From contig JAGAQH010000021.1 of assembly GCA_017622815.1 (NCBI GenBank), positions 5,335 to 69,334 on the forward strand: 64,000 bases of DNA. The letters run 5' to 3'. The position numbers and the translations under genes are program-made. The notes below the pieces were generated by a model that was given only the letters and a program-made list of their open reading frames with translations, did no database searches and had not been told where the DNA came from. The stretch is from Bacteroidaceae bacterium (GTDB taxonomy: Bacteria; Bacteroidota; Bacteroidia; Bacteroidales; Bacteroidaceae). This document shows positions 48,171 to 56,607 of the stretch, one piece after another. Position 1 is the stretch's first letter; every line of letters starts with the position of its first letter.

Positions 48171-48497
48171 ATGAAAAAAGTACTTTTATTGTTTTTATCT
48201 GTATTAACAGCGAGTTTCGTTTCTTGTGATAGAGATGTAGATAAGCAGGCTATTCAAGCTGCGTTACAAGCCCAAAGAGATGTACCATTATTAGCTGCAG
48301 AAGCACTTGGTCACATAAAATATCGTGTTTATAATGTAAAGGTGGATAGTGTTGAAGGAAATTCTATATTTGTTTCATACAGTGTTGCGATGGACTTCTA
48401 TGGAAGTGCTAGTGAATCAAGATATTCTGGCGCTGAAGTAACTAGGGATTGGCTTGGTAATTATGAGGTGAGATGGATAGGCAATATGCTTAAATAA
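48171..48497 (+). CDS. small lipoprotein (108 aa), unknown function
   Basis: Lipobox in MKKVLLLFLSVLTASFVSCDRD. AT-rich. Followed by a terminator hairpin. Confidence 0.65.
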   Translation: MKKVLLLFLSVLTASFVSCDRDVDKQAIQAALQAQRDVPLLAAEALGHIKYRVYNVKVDSVEGNSIFVSYSVAMDFYGSASESRYSGAEVTRDWLGNYEVRWIGNMLK

Positions 48498-48536
48498 AAT
48501 CATTTATTGCTTAAATCTTTCGAGATACTACAGATT

Positions 48537-48576
48537 CGCCATAGGTGCAACATGCGCTTATGGCGTTTTGCTTTTT
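48537..48576 (+). terminator. rho-independent terminator after the lipoprotein gene
   Basis: Stem CGCCATA / TATGGCG followed by TTTTGCTTTTT. Confidence 0.65.
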
Positions 48577-48676
48577 AGAGGTTATCACTATACGTACAAT
48601 CCTGTTTTAACCGACAATCTCGCAATACAAACCATCCATCGCACCACATGATGCAAGGCCGTTTTCCACCTTTTTA

Positions 48677-48702
48677 GCGTGACAACGTGACAGCGTGACA
48701 GT
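48677..48702. repeat. module H, left inverted cluster (CGTGACA x3, 8-bp period)
   Basis: GCGTGACAACGTGACAGCGTGACAGT. Confidence 0.8.
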
Positions 48703-48920
48703 AACAAAATGAAGGGTAGTGCAAACCATCTGCACCGGCAACAACGGATTTGTATTCTACTGTATAGTTCTCTCTATATACATACTACCATTTAGTATAT
48801 TATTATAGATGTATAAACATACATATATAATATGTCTTATATAACTATATATATACTTTACACTATTATATACAAGATACAATAAGGATGAGAGAAGAAA
48901 CCACCACCCCCTCTATTTTC

Positions 48921-48947
48921 ACTGTCACGCTTGTCACGCTGTCACGC
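48921..48947. repeat. module H, right inverted cluster
   Basis: ACTGTCACGCTTGTCACGCTGTCACGC. Its reverse complement matches the left cluster except for one substitution and one 1-nt indel. Confidence 0.8.
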
Positions 48948-49074
48948 TCACACCCAAAAACACAGAACCACGCCACACGATGCGAAGCGCATTGCCTCGT
49001 ATTCCATCCGCCTGCGCCTCACGAAGCGCGGCACGCTATTTCCCGCTAATTCTCACATCGTCAGGGGAATATGC

Positions 49075-49082
49075 TATATTTG
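49075..49082 (+). promoter_or_regulatory. -7 box TATATTTG upstream of the smalltalk-like/HU-HIG genes
   Basis: Matches TAnnTTTG. 27 nt upstream of ATG 49110. Confidence 0.6.
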
Positions 49083-49109
49083 CAATGAATAATCAAAACA
49101 CTATACACT

Positions 49110-49211
49110 ATGGACAAGAACAACATCTGGAGCAAGCTTCTTCACATCCTCATCACCATCCTCACTGCAATTGCTACCACCTTTGGGGTAACGTCATGCA
49201 TGGGTGCTTAA
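49110..49211 (+). CDS. 33-aa hydrophobic peptide, smalltalk-like
   Basis: Own translation: MDKNNIWSKLLHILITILTAIATTFGVTSCMGA. Lies 27 nt after a TATATTTG -7 box and immediately upstream of the HU-HIG gene. That is the position I recall for the Bacteroidales smalltalk small-protein family. This is from memory and not verified. Confidence 0.45.
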   Translation: MDKNNIWSKLLHILITILTAIATTFGVTSCMGA

Positions 49212-49234
49212 AGGAAAACAAAAACAACAAAGAG

Positions 49235-49303
49235 CAGTCCCCTGCACAGGTCCGAAGCAAATCTTCGTCACCGTTCCTCCGCTTCGGCTGGTGCAAGGGG
49301 CTG
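49235..49303 (+). other. nested hairpin between the smalltalk-like ORF and the HU-HIG gene
   Basis: The outer stem CAGTCCCCTGCAC / GTGCAAGGGGCTG has 13 positions with one mismatch and one G-U. The inner stem CCGAAGC / GCTTCGG is perfect. No U-tract. Confidence 0.4.
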
Positions 49304-49350
49304 CAAGGTAAAAAGATTAACAACAACGGAGGAACGGGAAAAAAGAAACT

Positions 49351-49863
49351 ATGTCAATACCTTATTCTCTTGCCCTGCGCCACACGCAGCCGGGCGAACC
49401 CGAAATGGGAAACAAGACCTATCCAGTTGCGCAGGTGCGCACAGTAATGAACCTCAGCGACATGGCAAAGCACATGTCCAGCCACTCCAGCAAGTATGAC
49501 AAGGGCGATGTGATGGCCGTGGCCACACAACTGACTTCTTGTATCAGGGAGCAGTTGCTCCTTGGCAACAAGGTGGTGCTTGGCGACCTGGGTGCCTTCT
49601 CCGTGACCCTGCAGGCAGATGCTGCGGACAATGCCGAGTCCTTCAGCACCGCACTGATAAAGAATGTGAAGGTGCGCTGGGAACCCAGCAGCGAGTTCAA
49701 GGACCTGCTGAACGAGGCATCCTTCGAGTACGTGGGCACCCGCAAGGCTCAGGCCGAGGCCCGCAAGGCCGAAAAGGAACTGCTGAACAACATGGCCACC
49801 ATACAGCCCGGCGAGGACACTCCCGATGACGGCGGGGACGAAGGCGAAGGCTCACTGGGCTAA
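49351..49863 (+). CDS. HU-family (HU-HIG type) DNA-binding protein with an acidic tail
   Basis: 170 aa. MSIPYSLALRH...KTYPVAQVRTVMNLSDMAKHMS...VVLGDLGAFSVTL is typical of Bacteroidales histone-like HU-HIG proteins. Confidence 0.75.
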   Translation: MSIPYSLALRHTQPGEPEMGNKTYPVAQVRTVMNLSDMAKHMSSHSSKYDKGDVMAVATQLTSCIREQLLLGNKVVLGDLGAFSVTLQADAADNAESFSTALIKNVKVRWEPSSEFKDLLNEASFEYVGTRKAQAEARKAEKELLNNMATIQPGEDTPDDGGDEGEGSLG

Positions 49864-49990
49864 ATGAGCGGTGAGCGGTGAAAGTTTAACGTTTTGATGA
49901 AAGGCGACTGCCTTGGCTCGATGAACCAAAGGTGAATAATAACGTTTAACGATTAACGGTGAGCGGATAGGTTTCGTTCACCGTTTGCTT
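49864..49990. repeat. mosaic of modules F and G after the HU-HIG gene
   Basis: ATGAGCGGTGAGCGGTGAAAGTTTAACGTTTTG ... AACGTTTAACGATTAACGGTGAGCGGATAGG. Confidence 0.7.
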
Positions 49991-49994
49991 TGAC

Positions 49995-50185
49995 ATTTCG
50001 CTCGCTTATTCGTAACATTGAGGCAAAGCCTCCAAATTACTCACGCTCGGAAATACAAAATAAATCGGCGTTTTATTTGTATTTCGCTCGCTTATTCGTA
50101 ACATTGAACTTCGTTCTAAATTACTCCTGCTCGGAAAAATCAAATTTCCTTTGCTTTTTCGCTCGCTTATTCGTAATTTTGTACC
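49995..50185 (+). repeat. tandem repeat of about 75-86 bp, 2.3 copies, upstream of cysS
   Basis: ATTTCGCTCGCTTATTCGTAACATTGA occurs at 49995 and 50081, with a truncated TTCGCTCGCTTATTCGTAATTTTG from 50157. The units also share AAATTACTC.CGCTCGGAAA. Confidence 0.85.
50174..50181 (+). promoter_or_regulatory. -7 box TAATTTTG upstream of cysS
   Basis: Matches TAnnTTTG. 23 nt upstream of ATG 50205. Lies in the third copy of a tandem repeat whose other copies carry TAACATTG. Confidence 0.6.
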
Positions 50186-50204
50186 CGAAATAAAGGAAAA
50201 GACT

Positions 50205-51704
50205 ATGCAACCATTTCTTATTTACAATACTTTGACCCGCCAGAAGGAACTGTTCCGTCCCCTGGTGGAGGGTCGTGTGGGCATGTATGTTTGCGGACCC
50301 ACGGTATATGGCGATGCACACTTGGGACATGCCCGCCCTGCCATTACTTTCGACCTGCTGTTCCGCTATCTGAAGCATCAGGGCTACAAGGTGCGCTATG
50401 TGCGCAACATTACCGACGTGGGCCACTTGGAGCACGATGCCGATGAGGGTGAGGACAAGATTGCCAAGAAGGCACGTCTGGAACAACTGGAGCCCATGGA
50501 GGTGGCACAGTACTATACCAACCGCTTCCACGAGGCCATGGCGGCACTGAACTGTCTGCCTCCCAGCATAGAGCCTCATGCCACAGGTCATATCATAGAG
50601 CAGCAGCAACTGGTGCAGAAGATTATGGACAACGGCTATGCCTATGAGAGCAACGGTTCCATCTACTTCGACATAGAGCGCTACAACCAGGACCACAAGT
50701 ATGGCATACTGAGCGGCCGTTCGCTGGAGAACATCAAGGATGCCAGTCGCGACACCCTGGCTGGTGTGGGCGAGAAGCGCAACCAGGCCGACTTTGCCCT
50801 GTGGAAGAAGGCGAGCCCCGAGCACATCATGCACTGGCCAAGCCCCTGGAGCGAAGGTTTCCCCGGCTGGCACTGCGAATGCACGGCTATGGGCAAGAAG
50901 TACCTGGGCGAGCGTTTCGACATACACGGAGGCGGCCTTGACCTCGTCTTCCCCCACCACGAGTGCGAGATAGCACAGGCGCAGGCCAGCCAGGGACACC
51001 CCATGGTGACCTATTGGATGCACAACAACATGATTACCATCGACGGCAAGAAGATGGGCAAGTCATACAACAACTTCATCACCCTGCCCCAGTTCTTTGC
51101 CGGAGAGCACGAGCGTCTGGAGCGAGGATACTCGCCCATGACCATCCGCTTCTTCATCCTGCAGGCCCACTACCGCAGTACGGTGGACTTCAGCAACGAG
51201 GCCCTGCAGAGCGCCGAGAAGGGTATGGCACGTCTGATGGACGGTTGGAAGGCCTTGAAGCGCCTGAAGGAAGGACAGAAGGTGAAGGGACAGCCCTGGG
51301 TGGAGATGCAGTATGTGGACACCCTGCGCCAGAACTGCTACGACGCCATGAACGACGATATGGCATCTCCCATGGTAATCAGCCACCTGTTTGATGCCTG
51401 CCGTGTGCTGAACACCGTCATCGACAAGAAGGCCAGCATCAAGGAAGATGTTGTGGCAGCCCTCACTGAGGTGTTCCATACCTTTGCCTTCGACATCCTT
51501 GGCCTTTCCGAGGAGAAGGACGGCAGCAACAAGGCACGCGAAGAAGCCTTCGGCAAGGTGGTGGACATAGTTCTGGAGCAGCGCCAGCAGGCCAAGGCCG
51601 AAAAGAACTGGGCACTGTCCGACCAGATACGCGACAACCTCTCTGCCCTCGGCTTTGAGGTGAAGGATACCAAGGACGGCTTCACCTGGTCGCTGAACAA
51701 GTAG
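50205..51704 (+). CDS. cysS: cysteine--tRNA ligase
   Basis: Class I motifs HLGH ([10 protein letters not shown]) and a KMSKS variant (KKMGKSYNN). ATG lies 23 nt after the -7 box. Confidence 0.95.
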   Translation: MQPFLIYNTLTRQKELFRPLVEGRVGMYVCGPTVYGDAHLGHARPAITFDLLFRYLKHQGYKVRYVRNITDVGHLEHDADEGEDKIAKKARLEQLEPMEVAQYYTNRFHEAMAALNCLPPSIEPHATGHIIEQQQLVQKIMDNGYAYESNGSIYFDIERYNQDHKYGILSGRSLENIKDASRDTLAGVGEKRNQADFALWKKASPEHIMHWPSPWSEGFPGWHCECTAMGKKYLGERFDIHGGGLDLVFPHHECEIAQAQASQGHPMVTYWMHNNMITIDGKKMGKSYNNFITLPQFFAGEHERLERGYSPMTIRFFILQAHYRSTVDFSNEALQSAEKGMARLMDGWKALKRLKEGQKVKGQPWVEMQYVDTLRQNCYDAMNDDMASPMVISHLFDACRVLNTVIDKKASIKEDVVAALTEVFHTFAFDILGLSEEKDGSNKAREEAFGKVVDIVLEQRQQAKAEKNWALSDQIRDNLSALGFEVKDTKDGFTWSLNK

Positions 51705-51706
51705 AA

Positions 51707-51911
51707 GACCCCTCCCCGAACCCTCCCCTTTATGGGAGGGAGTATGATGTACTGAAAATTGTTTCACGCAATTCAAAATACTATACTATAATTACTCCCA
51801 ACCTTGTGGGCGAGCAAGGTTTTCTAACCAAAGATATAACCAGGACCCACCAACCCCTCGTTAGCAAATCTATATACTCCCCTCCCTTGTGGAGGGGCAA
51901 GGGGGAGGGTC
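51707..51911. repeat. family B composite (MITE-like inverted pair)
   Basis: GACCCCTCCCCGAACCCTCCCCTTTATGGGAGGGAGTATGAT ... TATACTCCCCTCCCTTGTGGAGGGGCAAGGGGGAGGGTC, between cysS and the GS-III gene. Confidence 0.85.
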
Positions 51912-51934
51912 TGCTTCACATTTCCGTTTACAAA

Positions 51935-54127
51935 ATGCCTGCAACACTTAGATTCAAGGTAGTGGAAGAAGCCTTCGGCAAGAAGGCCATAGAAGTGCCC
52001 ACACCCAAGGAACGCCCCAGCGAGTTCTTTGCCAAGTACGTGTTCAACAAGCAGAAGATGTTCAAGTATCTTTCTGCCGATGTGTACGAAAAGATGTGCG
52101 ATGTCATCGACCGTGGCACCACACTGGACCTGAAGACCGCCGATGCCGTTGCCGAAGGCATGAAGCGCTGGGCCATGGAACTGGGCGTAACACACACCAC
52201 ACACTGGTTCCAACCCCTCACCGAAGGTACTGCCGAGAAGCACGACGGCATGGTGGAACACGACGGCAAGGGTGGCATGCTGGAGGATTTCTGCGGCAAG
52301 CAACTTGTACAGCAGGAACCCGATGCAAGCAGTTTCCCCAGCGGTGGCATACGCTCCACATTCGAGGCACGCGGCTATAGCGCATGGGACCCTGCCAGCC
52401 CCGTCTTCGTGATGGGCGACACGCTGATGATCCCCACCGTGTTCATCTCCTACACCGGCGAGGCACTCGACTACAAGGCTCCCCTGAAGAAGTCCATCAA
52501 GGCAGTAGGCAAGGCCGCCCTGGATGTTGCACGCATGTTCTATCCCGAGATAAGCAGCGTAAAGAGCAACCTTGGCTGGGAACAGGAATATTTCCTGGTG
52601 GACGAAAGTTTCTATTCGGCACGTCCCGACCTGGCCATGACCGGACGAACGCTCATGGGGCACGACTCCGCCAAGAACCAGCAGATGGACGACCACTATT
52701 TCGGTTCCATACCCTCGCGTGTGGTTTCCTTCATGAAGGACTTGGAAATCCAGGCACTGGAACTGGGCATACCCTGCAAGACCCGTCACAACGAGGTGGC
52801 GCCAAACCAGTTCGAACTGGCACCCATATTCGAGGAGACAAACCTGGCCATAGACCACAACATGCTCATCATGGCCCTGATGAAGAAGGTGGCACGCAAG
52901 CACGGCTTCCGTTGCCTCCTGCACGAAAAGCCTTTCAAGGGCATAAACGGTAGCGGCAAGCACAACAACTGGAGCCTCTCCACCAACACCGGCATACTCC
53001 TGCACGCCCCCGGAAAGACACCGGTGGACAACCTCCGCTTCATCACCTTCATAGTGGAGACGCTGATGGCCGTGTACCGCCACAACGGCTTGCTCAAGGC
53101 ATCCATCGTCAGCGCCACCAATGCACACCGTCTTGGTGCGCACGAAGCACCGCCTGCCATCATCAGTTCCTTCCTCGGCACTCAGTTGGCAGACATACTG
53201 GAGAAACTGGAAAACAGCGAGGACAACGACGTCTTCAACCTGGCCACACGACAGAGCGTGATGCTGGACATACCGCAGATACCGGAACTCCTCGTGGACA
53301 ATACCGACCGCAACCGCACCTCTCCCTTTGCCTTCACCGGCAACCGTTTCGAGTTCCGTGCCGTAGGAGCGCAAGCCAACAGTGCCGCATCCATGATAGT
53401 GCTGAACACCGCCGTAGCCGAGCAACTGACGGACTTCAAACTCCGTGTGGACAAACTAATCTCATCCGGCATGGACATGATGAAGGCCATACTGCATGTC
53501 ATCCGCGAGGACATAAAGACATGCAAGCCCATCCACTTCGACGGCAACGGATATAGCGAAGAGTGGAAGCAGGAGGCCGCCCGACGCGGCTTGGATGTGG
53601 AGACAAGCGTTCCCGTCATCCTCGACCAGTACCTAAGCGAAGAAACCGTGGAAATGTTCACACGCATGAAGGTACTCACCCGTGCCGAACTGGAAGCACG
53701 CAACGAGATAAAACTGGAGACCTACACCAAGAAGATACAGATAGAGGCACGCATCTTCGGCGACCTTTGCCTGAACCACATAGTTCCCGTGGCCACACGC
53801 TACCAGACACAACTTCTGGACAATGTCCTCAAGATTTCGCAGGCTTTCCCCGCCGAGCAGGCAAAGGCCATGAACGCCACAAACCTTGCCCTCATAGAGA
53901 AGATAGCAGAAAACACCGCCTTCATCACCGAGCACGTATATTCGCTCATCGGTGCCCGCAAGGTGGCCAACCGTTTGGAATCCGAGCGTGAGAAGGCCAT
54001 TGCCTACCACGACAACGTGGCACCCCTCATAGAGGAAATCCGCACCCACGTGGACAAACTGGAAATGATAGTTGACGACGAACTGTGGCCCCTGCCCAAG
54101 TATCGCGAGATGCTGTTCATCAGATAA
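51935..54127 (+). CDS. glutamine synthetase type III
   Basis: 730 aa from ATG 51935 (MPATLRFKVVEEAFG...). The GSIII length and the conserved NGSGKHNNWS region match. The track ORF start 51806 lies inside repeat family B. Confidence 0.9.
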   Translation: MPATLRFKVVEEAFGKKAIEVPTPKERPSEFFAKYVFNKQKMFKYLSADVYEKMCDVIDRGTTLDLKTADAVAEGMKRWAMELGVTHTTHWFQPLTEGTAEKHDGMVEHDGKGGMLEDFCGKQLVQQEPDASSFPSGGIRSTFEARGYSAWDPASPVFVMGDTLMIPTVFISYTGEALDYKAPLKKSIKAVGKAALDVARMFYPEISSVKSNLGWEQEYFLVDESFYSARPDLAMTGRTLMGHDSAKNQQMDDHYFGSIPSRVVSFMKDLEIQALELGIPCKTRHNEVAPNQFELAPIFEETNLAIDHNMLIMALMKKVARKHGFRCLLHEKPFKGINGSGKHNNWSLSTNTGILLHAPGKTPVDNLRFITFIVETLMAVYRHNGLLKASIVSATNAHRLGAHEAPPAIISSFLGTQLADILEKLENSEDNDVFNLATRQSVMLDIPQIPELLVDNTDRNRTSPFAFTGNRFEFRAVGAQANSAASMIVLNTAVAEQLTDFKLRVDKLISSGMDMMKAILHVIREDIKTCKPIHFDGNGYSEEWKQEAARRGLDVETSVPVILDQYLSEETVEMFTRMKVLTRAELEARNEIKLETYTKKIQIEARIFGDLCLNHIVPVATRYQTQLLDNVLKISQAFPAEQAKAMNATNLALIEKIAENTAFITEHVYSLIGARKVANRLESEREKAIAYHDNVAPLIEEIRTHVDKLEMIVDDELWPLPKYREMLFIR

Positions 54128-54128
54128 T

Positions 54129-54163
54129 AAGTAACGCGAGTGCCAGAGTCACTCGCGTTACTT
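54129..54163. terminator. bidirectional hairpin after the GS-III gene
   Basis: Perfect 14-bp stem AAGTAACGCGAGTG / CACTCGCGTTACTT with a 7-nt loop, immediately after the stop at 54127. Confidence 0.75.
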
Positions 54164-54170
54164 ATATATT

Positions 54171-54216
54171 AAAAGGGGGGTGGAGCGTCATATTGTACTC
54201 TCCCACCCTTTTTTCC
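54171..54216 (-). terminator. terminator after the U32 peptidase gene
   Basis: The minus-strand RNA folds GGGTGGGAG...CTCCACCCCC followed by TTTTAAT. Confidence 0.55.
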
Positions 54217-54221
54217 TTATA

Positions 54222-55463
54222 TCAGTTGTTCTCCACCACCACGAAGAGTTTGTCGTTGCGGCGCACTTTCTGTGGCATGGCTATGCTGATGTGCTGGCCT
54301 TTCTTTGCCACCTCTACGGGTTTGAGGTCGTAACGTATTTCATCGGCCGTACCATACAGGGCACCGGTGGTGGGACCAGTGACGAGAATCTTGGCTCCGC
54401 GAGGCAGTTCGCATGCCTCTATCTTGAATTCCGCCACACCAAGTTTGGAGAAATAGCGCACCACCTTGCCACAATACACCTTCTTCTCGGTGGCGGCACT
54501 GCCATGCACCTCACTCCACTCTCCCAGGCTCTTGCCCTGATAGTATCCGTCCCAGAAACCACGGTTGAACACGGTGGCAAGACGTTTGTCCAGTTCGTCC
54601 TTCAGTTCCTCCGTGAAGGTGCCTTCCAGCACGGCATTGATGGCCTCGTTGTAGCACGACACCACGGTGCTCACGTACTCGGGACCTCTGGCACGTCCCT
54701 CAATCTTGAAGACGCGCACGCCGGAGTTCATCATCACGTCCATGAAACGGAGTGTCTTCAGGTCCTTTGGCGACATGATGTACTTGTTGTCAATGTCCAG
54801 TTCGGTGCCAGTTTCACGATCGCGCACGGTATATGAACGTCGGCATATCTGCATGCACTCGCCACGGTTGGCCGACTTCCCCACGTTGTTCAGGGACAGG
54901 TAGCACTTTCCGCTCACCGCCATGCACAGGGCACCGTGGCAGAACATCTCTATGCGGATGAGTTCGCCCTTGGGACCGCAGATGTTCTCCTCTATGATGT
55001 GGCGGTATATCTCTGCCACCTGCTCCATGTTGAGTTCGCGTGCCAGAACCACCACATCGGCAAATTGGGCATAGAAGCGCAGGGCCTCTATGTTGGATAT
55101 GTTCAGTTGTGTGGACAGATGCACCTCCTGTCCTATCCTGTTGCAATAGGACATGACGGCAATGTCGCTGGCAATGACTGCACTGATGCCAGCCTCCCTG
55201 GCGGCATCCAGGATGGTGCGCATGAGAGGCAGGTCCTCACCGTATATGATGGTGTTTACGGTCAGGTAACTCTTCACGCCGCATATCCTGCACTCGTGGG
55301 CAATCTCCTTCAGGTCGTCTATGGTGAATGCCGAGGCGGAATGGGCCCTCATGTTCAGGTTCTCGATACCAAAGTATATGCTGTCGGCACCTGCACGCAG
55401 AGCCGCGGCAAAGGACTCCCTGGAACCTACGGGAGCCATTATCTCAAAATCCTTACGTGTCAT
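54222..55463 (-). CDS. peptidase U32 family protein
   Basis: 413 aa: MTRKDFEIMAPVGSRESFAAALRAGADSIYFG...FKIEGRARGPEYV, a typical U32 signature. Confidence 0.88.
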   Translation of the reverse strand: MTRKDFEIMAPVGSRESFAAALRAGADSIYFGIENLNMRAHSASAFTIDDLKEIAHECRICGVKSYLTVNTIIYGEDLPLMRTILDAAREAGISAVIASDIAVMSYCNRIGQEVHLSTQLNISNIEALRFYAQFADVVVLARELNMEQVAEIYRHIIEENICGPKGELIRIEMFCHGALCMAVSGKCYLSLNNVGKSANRGECMQICRRSYTVRDRETGTELDIDNKYIMSPKDLKTLRFMDVMMNSGVRVFKIEGRARGPEYVSTVVSCYNEAINAVLEGTFTEELKDELDKRLATVFNRGFWDGYYQGKSLGEWSEVHGSAATEKKVYCGKVVRYFSKLGVAEFKIEACELPRGAKILVTGPTTGALYGTADEIRYDLKPVEVAKKGQHISIAMPQKVRRNDKLFVVVENN

Positions 55464-55483
55464 AGTTCTTATTTAAAAGAGAA

Positions 55484-55595
55484 GGACCCTCCCCCTTGCC
55501 CCTCCACAAGGGAGGGGAGTGATTACAACCGACTTATGCCCACATCAGCAGTACATTATACTCCCTCCCCTTGTGGGAGGGATGGGGAGGGGTCC
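55484..55595. repeat. family B composite (MITE-like inverted pair)
   Basis: GGACCCTCCCCCTTGCCCCTCCACAAGGGAGGGGAGTGAT ... TATACTCCCTCCCCTTGTGGGAGGGATGGGGAGGGGTCC, between the U32 and dusB genes. Confidence 0.85.
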
Positions 55596-55622
55596 GCTGG
55601 GGTCCGTCAGCTGTAGTCTGTA

Positions 55623-56606
55623 CTATTTCAACATTGTCCGTATTTCCTCTATTATCTGGAAGAGTTCCTCCACCGTTTCGGCACGCAGCATCTTTATGCG
55701 TGTCTCGCGGAAGTTGGGGATACCCTTGAATATGGGCGAGGCGGCAAGATGCCTTCTCACATGCAGGATGCCGCGGTATTCGTCTATCCTCTCCACCGAG
55801 GTGATTACCTGCTGCTTCAGTATGTCCATCTTTTCGTCCAGTGAGAGAGTGCCGCCCTGCAACTCGCGGAATATCCACGGGCGTCCGAATGTGGCACGTC
55901 CCACCATTACGGCATCCACACCGTAGCGGTCAAAACACTCGCGTACACGCTCCTTGGTACTGATGTCGCCGTTTCCTATGATGGGGATATGCATGCGCGG
56001 ATTGTTCTTCACCTCACCTATCAGTGTCCAGTCGGCCTCGCCCTGATACATCTGCGCACGGGTACGGCCGTGGATGGTAAGGGCCTGTATGCCAACGTCC
56101 TGAAGACGCTCTGCCAGGTCAACGATGAACGGCGTGCCGTCTGGGAGGTAAAGGCCTGGGGTGTCCCATCCGAGGCGTGTCTTTACCGTGACAGGGGTGT
56201 CGGGGACAGCCTCCACCACGGCCCTGGTTATCTCAAGAAGCAGGGGTACGTTCTGGAGCATGCCGCTACCTGCCCCCTTGCCGGCAACCTTTCTGACTGG
56301 GCAACCGAAATTGAGGTCCAGCACATCGGGATGTGCCTGGTCAACCACTATCCTGGCCGCCTCGCGCATGGCATCCACGTCCTTGCCGTAGATCTGTATG
56401 GCCACGGGGCGTTCGTCATCGCAAACCTGCAGTTTGGCAAGACTCTTGTTGACCATGCGTATGAGGGCATCCGAACTGACAAACTCGGAATACACCATGG
56501 CTGCCCCCATCTGCTTGCACAGTAGACGGAAGCCTATGTCCGTGACGTCCTCCATGGGAGCCAGGAATATAGGTTCGTGCCCAAGGTCGATGTTTCCTAT
56601 CTTCAT
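55623..56606 (-). CDS. dusB: tRNA dihydrouridine synthase B
   Basis: Contains MKIGNIDLGHEPIFLAPMEDVTD, LDLNFGCP and HGRTRAQMY. Start taken at ATG 56606. Confidence 0.92.
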   Translation of the reverse strand: MKIGNIDLGHEPIFLAPMEDVTDIGFRLLCKQMGAAMVYSEFVSSDALIRMVNKSLAKLQVCDDERPVAIQIYGKDVDAMREAARIVVDQAHPDVLDLNFGCPVRKVAGKGAGSGMLQNVPLLLEITRAVVEAVPDTPVTVKTRLGWDTPGLYLPDGTPFIVDLAERLQDVGIQALTIHGRTRAQMYQGEADWTLIGEVKNNPRMHIPIIGNGDISTKERVRECFDRYGVDAVMVGRATFGRPWIFRELQGGTLSLDEKMDILKQQVITSVERIDEYRGILHVRRHLAASPIFKGIPNFRETRIKMLRAETVEELFQIIEEIRTMLK

Positions 56607-56607
56607 C

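Noticed and set aside
48703-48920. Classical promoter-carrying inverton
   Set aside because: I found no TAnnTTTG (or CAAAnnTA) box inside the IR-flanked segment. The downstream genes have their own promoter at 49075, and no invertase is nearby. It is kept only as an alternative in the related finding.
48980-49447. 155-aa ORF spanning the region upstream of the HU-HIG gene
   Set aside because: It runs across the TATATTTG promoter, the smalltalk-like ORF (in a different frame), the nested hairpin and the HU-HIG start. Its composition is His/Asn/Lys-rich and low-complexity.
42144-49990. Complete prophage, or an integrative conjugative or mobilisable element
   Set aside because: There is no integrase or recombinase, terminase, capsid, tail, relaxase or type IV secretion gene, and I could not find flanking direct repeats (att sites). 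Only an early-region-like gene subset is present.
49995-50185. Possible mini CRISPR array (a 27-bp repeat seen three times at a spacing of about 75-86 bp)
   Set aside because: The 'spacers' are homologous to each other (both contain AAATTACTC.CGCTCGGAAA), so this is a tandem duplication. There are only 2.3 copies and no cas genes in the window. The repeat carries the cysS promoter box.
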